DNA of 64,000 nucleotides, taken from contig NW_019217945.1 in the NCBI RefSeq assembly GCF_002571385.2, positions 140,911 through 204,910 on the forward strand, written 5' to 3'. Under the pieces are notes generated by a model that worked only from the letters and a program-made list of their open reading frames with translations, was not told where the DNA came from and made no database searches. Shown one piece after another: positions 50,561-64,000 of this stretch. Numbering within the stretch: the first letter of the stretch is position 1; every line of letters starts with the position of its first letter. Origin of the DNA: Stylophora pistillata. Taxonomy: Eukaryota. A program made the translations under genes and the position numbers.

Positions 50561-51479
50561 CCGCAGAGAAGCAAGTCAGTTTAACTGTCAATAAAGCGTG
50601 ATGATGTCATTCAATCATTCTACGGGACCGGTCATTATTGATCACCTGGGGGGGGTGGTGAGAGGGGTTGGAGGACTTAGGTTGGTCCCCCCTGGCTATA
50701 AATAATCACCTAATATACATCCCAGGGTATTCAATTGTGGAGAAGAGAATTTTTCACACAAGATTTAGAGGAGAATCCATTGACCAACGTTAAACAATGA
50801 GTACCAGGGGTTTAAATTTATCTTTCTTATGTTCATCAGGAGTTTGGGCTTCTCATGGACGCTTCGAAACCAGGCGGTGTGCGCACTCAGATTACATTGC
50901 ATTGTGGTAGGGTTATTTTTTTATATGGCGGTAAAAGCGGCAGAAATCGCCACATTTTGCCTGAACATTCCCCAAAAGTTTGACCGTTTCTTTTTCCTTT
51001 CACTCTGGGTAAATGTAATTTGATATATTATGAATGTGCAGAAGTATTTTTTGAACATGTTTGTCTCGTATTGACAAACGCAAGCACTGTTTTTAAGTAA
51101 TTTGAGACCGGTTTTCGAGAAGGTGAAATTCGTTGTACGTCGTAGTTTGAAGCCTCTCAAAAATTTGTATGGCCATTTTGATCTTTCTTCAACAGCTCTG
51201 ATCAAATGCTCTCAAAAGCTCTCCAACGGTACAAATGTTTTATGCATTTTAGGTGATCGTGTTTGAGACCTGTTATGGCAACGAAAAGGCCCATTGTTCC
51301 GTTTAGTGTGTTGCATTACATGGCGTTACTACTGCAAGGACATTTGCTATATGTACTCAATCGTCTACTTTCTTGAGTGAAGACAAATAAACTAATCACG
51401 AGTATCGTATGGTAAATCTACTATTCTGATCTTTTAACGAAGGACAGTTTAATTAGAGCAATGAAAAGAGTCACTTGAT

Positions 51480-51879
51480 CCGGGGGGTACTCGATATATT
51501 CCTGGGTGGGGAGGTGCGGCGCGGCCCCCCATACCCTGACCCTGTTTAAGACAAATATCGCTGATTTTCCTACCCCGTTTAAGACAGATTTCCGATTTTT
51601 GATACCCTGTTTAAGACATTTAATGTGCCTGGTATCAATGCCAAAATCAACGGAATTCAATATTAATTAGAATTAGAGCTTGTAAAAATGTTGCTGTTTG
51701 ATTATCTTCCAAGAAAAGATATCCTGTTTAAGACAAAAATTGATAAATCGATACCCTGAGTAAGACAAAAAATGATGAATTCGATACCGTGTTTAAGACA
51801 AAAATCTCGAAAAACATACCTTGCTGGCCGCACGTCCCCATTTAGCCCTTACAAGGGAGTACCCCCCCCCCGCCCCGGG
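51480..51879. mobile_element. MITE with ccggggggtact termini and internal ccctgtttaagac repeats
   Basis: TIR ccggggggtactc / gagtacccccc..cccggg; flanking direct repeat cacttgat at 51472-51479 and 51880-51887. Confidence 0.8.
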
Positions 51880-54029
51880 CACTTGATCCATGAAACCCTC
51901 TACCTTGCGTGAGACGACACGCCGGTACACGTACACCGGAAAGCAAAAGGCAGTCGACCGTTGAAAGGTGTTGATAGGCCTTTGAGTCTCCTACCACTCG
52001 CTAGCGCTTTTAAATCTTTCAATTTACCCTCAAAGTTTAGCTCTTATTAAATACACACCAACTCAGTTGGGGGGTAACTGGGTCTTTATTGCCTAAGACC
52101 ATACGCGTACGCGATGCTACCCCTAACGGGGGGGGGTAAGTAGAGGAAAAAGAAAAAAAAAACTTACAAACTGCACCAGATACCAATGCAATAGCGTTGA
52201 TCGCTCGCTGATCGCGAAGGGATGCTTACTGATTAAAAATATGGCAACTGTTCGCTTATACTCTCCGGGCGTGACGTGGAATTTCCGCCGCGGCATTTAA
52301 TTGTAACCCTAACCCTGATGACTTTTTTTTTAATGACTTTCCTTTGCGATGTAATAATAACGGTCAGTTTTAAGATGTCATTTCCCCGTCTGTATGTTCT
52401 TGAGGTTTGGCAAAGCCGGATGAGTTGTGTTACAAAAGGCAATATTTTCTTCTCTGCGCGCGCTATTTTCTTTGTTTTAACGTATACGTTTCTCAAAACC
52501 CGCATCTAGGTTTCCTCTATTCTCGAAGCGTATCTTGAAACTCTGTACGTTTTACTAAACGTGGAGCGAGAGAAACTCGTTCTTAGGAGGCGTGGAGCTT
52601 CTCCTTTTACAAATTCCGTATTTACGCTCGGTGGAAAAAGTTCGTGTATTAGAAGGTCTGTGTCTCTTTAATATGCATTTGCATGTCAATTCCCTGTCAA
52701 ATAACTCGCGTCTAGGAATATAATTTCTGGCTTTGATATTATTCATCCCGCCATCGGCTGTAAGTGTAACTGTTGTCATTCGTGTGGAGATTCTAAGGCA
52801 GATTGCAGTTTCGAATCTTTCTTACCAACGTCAGTTTCCTCCTAACAACGAATTTGTCACGGAAGAATGTCAGGAGTCACGCAGGCCCTTCAAGCTTTTT
52901 AACTTTCTAAGGAACGGCAACGGACAATGAATCACCATTTCAATCCAGGTATATTCACGCTATCTCGCTACCGCCAGAGAAGTTCGCTGGAACGCGTCAA
53001 GATGTAAATAACTCTCTTTTTGTTTTACGACCATGATGCAACGCAATCAGAGTGCGCACACCGCCTGCTTCGAAACTAACGTTGCGAATGCTTCCTTACC
53101 CGAAGGATCACATCACATGATACCATTTGATAATAATAGCCAAAGGTGATATGATAAGGTGCTTCTTTCAATTATTACTATTATTTATTATTGCTACTAT
53201 GATTGTTTATGATAGGAAGCAAGCAGCCGCGTAATGGTAATTCTGAAAGTGAAAGTTCATCCCCGGTCCCGGAAGTTTCCCGCGCATGCCTGTGCATGTA
53301 TTAATGAAAAATGATTCTTCCGCACAAATACCTTGGTCGCCCAAACTATGTATTGCAATTTTAATAGGGAAACTCGGATATCAAAAGCTTCTAACGAATT
53401 CTTGATATACGCGAAGAGACAGAGTAATGAACGACAAACAGTTTGTTATTCCACGAGCCTAGTTATAACCCAGTGAAACAAAAGTTTGCATGTATGTTGC
53501 ACATGATCAGACATCTAGTTATCGAGACGGCAAAATTACCTCAGTATGCAAGCTTACCTATATGCTGGATCCTGTTAAGAAACCCGAATACCTGCTTTTC
53601 ATCGAAGAGTTTGTTTTTGCGAAGACTCAGTCTCTTCGTGAATTGAAGGGTATAAATGATGCGTTTACTCGATCGCACGCTGACATATGAACTGACCCAG
53701 TCATGAAAAGAACCAATTAGTGACTAGGAAGAACCGTCTGATGTTTCATTCATTTCCCCTTTTCAGTTTCATTCTGAAAAAAAGTGATGACGATTTCACT
53801 TTTGAGCGTAAATTTCTCAAACGAACATTCAGTCAGCTGTTCAAATAATGAAGACGAAAGAAATATTTCCTGCGGTGTTCAGGTTAAAAAAGATTGTACA
53901 GAATATTGATGACACAATTGGCTGCAATTGATCTATTTTCACAGCGAGTGCACTGTTTACTCCAAGTCTCTTCTGTTGCGAAGTTTTTTTTCTCTTACAT
54001 TTCTAAAAAAACTTTGATTAGATTTTATC

Positions 54030-54800
54030 AAGTGAGTTTATGACGTTAATTAGCCACCTAAAATAGTTGCTAAAGCTAATGTTTCGAGCATTAGCCCTTC
54101 GTCAGAGCGAAAACATGAATTTTGGGTTGTGTGTGTTTATATGCAGGAGTATGGAGCTATGCTATGGCTGTGGACATGAATATAAAAAGCATTTGTTGAT
54201 ACCGTGGGGATTATAATTAAACTTTTCACTCCCAAGATCTCTAGTAATTCTCCTTACTGTCTGTCACACAATCCTTGTGATGTTAGTTCCAAGAATTTGG
54301 TGTTGGATCAAATATTAATAATCCCGGCCTCATTGATATGTTTCATTATTCACATCACTGTCTGCTTGATATTGTGTTGATATTGTTAGGGGAAATTCTC
54401 TCTTTGTCACTCACAGGGGTAGGTTAAGAATACCGATTTACGTATCAAGAAGTGGTCCATTATTGCGGCTCAGCTTTTCAAAAACAAACAGAAGTCCTTT
54501 TGTTGTTGGTGGTGCTGAGGGACTTCCAAGCTGGAAGATAAATTGTTTGTTCCAGACTTCTGTGGCATTCCGGAAAAAAAAAAGTCCGGAGCGAAAAATT
54601 TTCAGCATATTTAGTACACCTAACCCACAATTCCTCTATATTCCCTCCGACGACTTTGGAAGCGCTAACGCTCTAAATGTCAGCTTAAGAAACTCTTTAC
54701 GGTAGCCAACCTTTGTTATCAACTCAGTCGATAAAACCAGATTATCTTCTGATACCCCACCGGTGCTGCATAACGTTTTCTTTCGAATTAGAAATTTACC
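54030..54800. mobile_element. Decayed Penelope-like fragment with opposed pLTR pieces, interrupted by a TTAA MITE
   Basis: Minus-strand ctgacga-agggc taat gctc-gaaac at 54080-54105; minus-strand peptide traces LEQ..FIFQLG and NPHGIN; plus-strand degenerate copy at 54645-54800. Confidence 0.65.
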
Positions 54801-54932
54801 CTTTATACATTTCTGAATTTTTTCCTTGGCATCAACTCCTTTTTCTTCCTGAATTTCCCAAGTTAGTAAAAGTAAAAGCTTCATTAATGTGTCAATGTAT
54901 TTAGTTTTCACAACGAATTAGGGACACAAAAT

Positions 54933-54933
54933 A

Positions 54934-54972
<39 letters not shown>
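54933..54972. repeat. (taaa)n microsatellite
   Basis: About 10 taaa units. Confidence 0.95.
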
Positions 54973-55493
54973 GTAAATTAATAGATAGATAAAACAGAAT
55001 TATTTACAAATAAAAAATTATGAAGGATGTAGAAATAAATTGTACATCAAAACAGTAGGTATATAAAAGGTGGTCTCTAAGAGTTGCACAGGTCACAGCT
55101 GCTATTGCTGTTGTTTAAGAGTCACGCTAGGTCTTATTCCTAATGTTCTTTTCCTGTCTTTCAGCAATTTGACTCTTGCTCCAGCGCCCCCTTTGAAATC
55201 ACGCCAGGTTTTACTGCATGTAGAAGAAAGGACAGTTCCGAAAGTACAAAAGTATGGTTGGTTTGTAAAACTAGTTTGGTCATTCCACAGTGTGTTTGTT
55301 AATTTATCCAGCGTCACAATCGTCTAAACTAAGTCCATTGTTATCGTTAAATTCCCACGAGCCCGTCACCAGGTAACTATCATCTGTGATGAACTATAAC
55401 AAACAATGCGGGTATGTACGTAGAAACCTGCATAACCTGTTCAGCTTGACACGTTCCATGTTAAATTTTGATTGGTCGAAACTTAACAAAGAA

Positions 55494-55507
55494 GTTCCTA
55501 TGGAAAC
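55494..55507 (+). promoter_or_regulatory. RFX X-box-like motif in the promoter of alpha-tubulin copy 1
   Basis: gttcctatggaaac, between an inverted CCAAT (attgg, 55471) and TATA-like cataaaa (55512), about 125 bp before the ATG. Confidence 0.55.
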
Positions 55508-55632
55508 ACCACATAAAAGACAGTTTGATTCCGTCGAACCCTACTTCTAACGAAAGCCGTTACTCTCGTCTGAAGGTGCCATATATCTAAAGATTTTAAC
55601 CAAGTTTTCATAGCAATTAATCACTCGTCATC

Positions 55633-58201
<2,569 letters not shown>

Positions 58202-59003
58202 TCGTTTCATCTCAGTTAAAAGGACAGGAACTAACTTTTTTTTAGAACTTTCATTGTATATTTTAACATCTTTAAAATACACTTTGAATAAAACTCATTA
58301 GCATCCAGCTCCAAGATTATGTTACCCAGCTCTTGGATATTGTGCCACCTTGCCCCCAGTTACTGTGCTGATCATGAATTGATTATTTTTATTGAAACTT
58401 TCATCGTTTCCAACTTTTATAATGACGTAGTCTCAGACTACCCTTCCTCCCCCCCACCTCTTTCTTTGAGTTACAGAGGTGTCATAAGATAAAGAAAAAT
58501 ATATAACTTCAGGAAACATTTAGAATGATGAATAAAAAGAAAAGTGAATAAACCCAGAGAATCAAACAATTATACAAGATGGAGAGAATCTTCGAAAACT
58601 TGGGAATAGAACCAGCGCACACGAGTGAGACATAGAGCGCGAAAAATGAAGTCTGTCTGTATTCGGTGGCCTTGTTTTAAGTTCTTACCGAAAATATTAT
58701 TCGACTAATTTCTTGGAGGGACAGATCCCTGTCCTTGTATTGTGCATTACTTAATAGAGAAAAGTGCGTCATTTTTATTTGAAATCGTGGTTCATTCCTG
58801 AGTTCATGGTTGATTGAACTAGTAAGCACTCTAAAATATTAAGCGGGGCAACGGAGGCAAAATCTGGGGTTACTCTCGAGACTCTCGCATCCGAGTTATA
58901 TTGCGTCTGGATATGCCAATACAGGATTGGGTGGGGCCCATTGAAACTGAAAGACATTGTTTGAATACAACGCTTTGATTGGATCTTTTGCCTGACGCAA
59001 TAG

Positions 59004-59017
59004 GTAACTATGACAAC
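59004..59017 (+). promoter_or_regulatory. RFX X-box-like motif in the promoter of alpha-tubulin copy 2
   Basis: gtaactatgacaac, downstream of two attgg boxes and upstream of tataa (59043). Confidence 0.45.
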
Positions 59018-59173
59018 TGCGGTTTCTAAGAGTATGTGCTTTTATAAGCGCGCAAATTATCCTTTGGTATAATTTACCGTTTCGTTCTTCAATCGAAAGC
59101 CGTTGCCTTTCCGAGAGAAGTTCTAAGCGCTTCATACTGCATTTTCTTGCCCAATATCTAACACTACATCAAC

Positions 59174-62995
<3,822 letters not shown>

Positions 62996-63574
62996 TCACG
63001 TGATAGTCTATCAACTTGTCTGTCAGAGCTTTGGAAGATATGCAATAAAGAGTTTTTCCCTGGAAAACGTTGTCTTTGGATTTATTTCCATATCAGCTAT
63101 ATTGTTAAATTTATTTGATTTTATTTAACCATCCCTTGTTGAAGGAAGAACCAGTTGATGGATCAACATTGCCGAAACATACCTAGAAAGGTAAACGTCA
63201 GGGTCAAATCACTTGGCTGCAAAGCATGTCTTCGCCCAATTGCACCGTTTTAGCACGCGTTCGCGATATTTTAGGCCAAGCACTGGTATTAATCGCCTCG
63301 TATGACTTAAATTATTTTTACCCACTCAGGAGCCTGAGTGGATACAAATAATTAAAAAGTTTCGGGCGGGTCCCGGATAACCTGGCAAGTCAAGGAATTT
63401 TACAAGCTCATAAGTCAAGGAATTTTATAACTTCATTTCACAGGTTCGGAAGGTCGTCAAATTTAGGTTTGGTTCCTGGAAAAGCAGCAGGTTTTCTATG
63501 AGTGTAAATCAATGCATAACCAAAGATGAAAAATTACCGGGGAGTAAACAATTCATTTCAGCAGAAATAAGCCG

Positions 63575-63930
63575 TTAGGGACTTTCAGCAAACCGCGATG
63601 GCGAAGGCATCAAGGACGTGGAAAAACAAAAGATCTAATGGGCAGAGCATGCGTTATAAAACTTTTCTTAGTCGTCCTCTGCCCAACGTTAAATCATCAA
63701 AATTGGCGTCGTCTACAAATGGATACCGCGACGGCAAATTGTTTTAATTTCCATTTGGAACTCAGATGCTTATATACGTTATGCTGAAGTTGGGGTGTGG
63801 TACCGTAAGAGACGGTGAAACCGTGCAGCCATTTTTGAAACTCTTAAAATGGAAAGTAGTTTCTTAAAAGAGAAATTCATTTTTGTAATCGACGTCTTGG
63901 CGTTGCCGTCGTGACTGCTTAAGGTTCCCA
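63575..63930. mobile_element. MITE (family of 20787-21166)
   Basis: tagggactttcagcaaacc / cgttgccgtcgtgactgcttaaggttccc. Confidence 0.75.
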
Positions 63931-64000
63931 GAGGAGATTTGCACGTTACGTCATTGCCGCCGTGTTGGTAGACGTAAACAATAGATATCTCATCAGCTGC

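Noticed and set aside
52100-52510. Possible Helitron-like element ending in CTAG
   Set aside because: No clear subterminal hairpin or second copy in the window.

Overview
Eukaryotic, intron-rich, AT-rich animal DNA from a gapped draft assembly (N-runs at 1238-1888, 4826-4844, 28828-28845, 47603-48197 and 49829-49833; single n at 37223, 44609 and 58015). Gene content and repeat families point to a cnidarian, probably a stony coral; this is inference. Genes reconstructed by hand from splice phases: (1) a partial minus-strand orphan coiled-coil gene (185-8188); (2) a 5-exon, 179-aa gene resembling only the C-terminal part of eIF2A/PYM1 (13520-23623); (3) a large VWDE-like gene (28194-43019, minus) whose first coding exon appears to be a signal peptide plus a catalytically dead trypsin-fold domain; (4) a Kolobok-type DNA transposon (43603-46570) with a THAP transposase remnant and an apparently intact 3-exon KolX/P2X7-ballast-like gene; (5) a single-exon class A GPCR cleanly split by a ~1-kb foldback element with a 9-bp TSD; (6) two tandem alpha-tubulin genes, the first carrying an intronic head-to-tail array of ~251-bp structured, tRNA-like units. 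There are also CR1/L2 LINE remnants, tRNA-SINEs, MITEs and Penelope-like fragments with hammerhead-like motifs. Strongest leads for something new: the structured tRNA-like array (with a compensatory base-pair change in a dispersed copy), the pseudoprotease-VWDE fusion, the stand-alone eIF2A/PYM-tail protein, and the intact transposon-borne ballast-domain gene. All family assignments come from motif recognition, not database searches.
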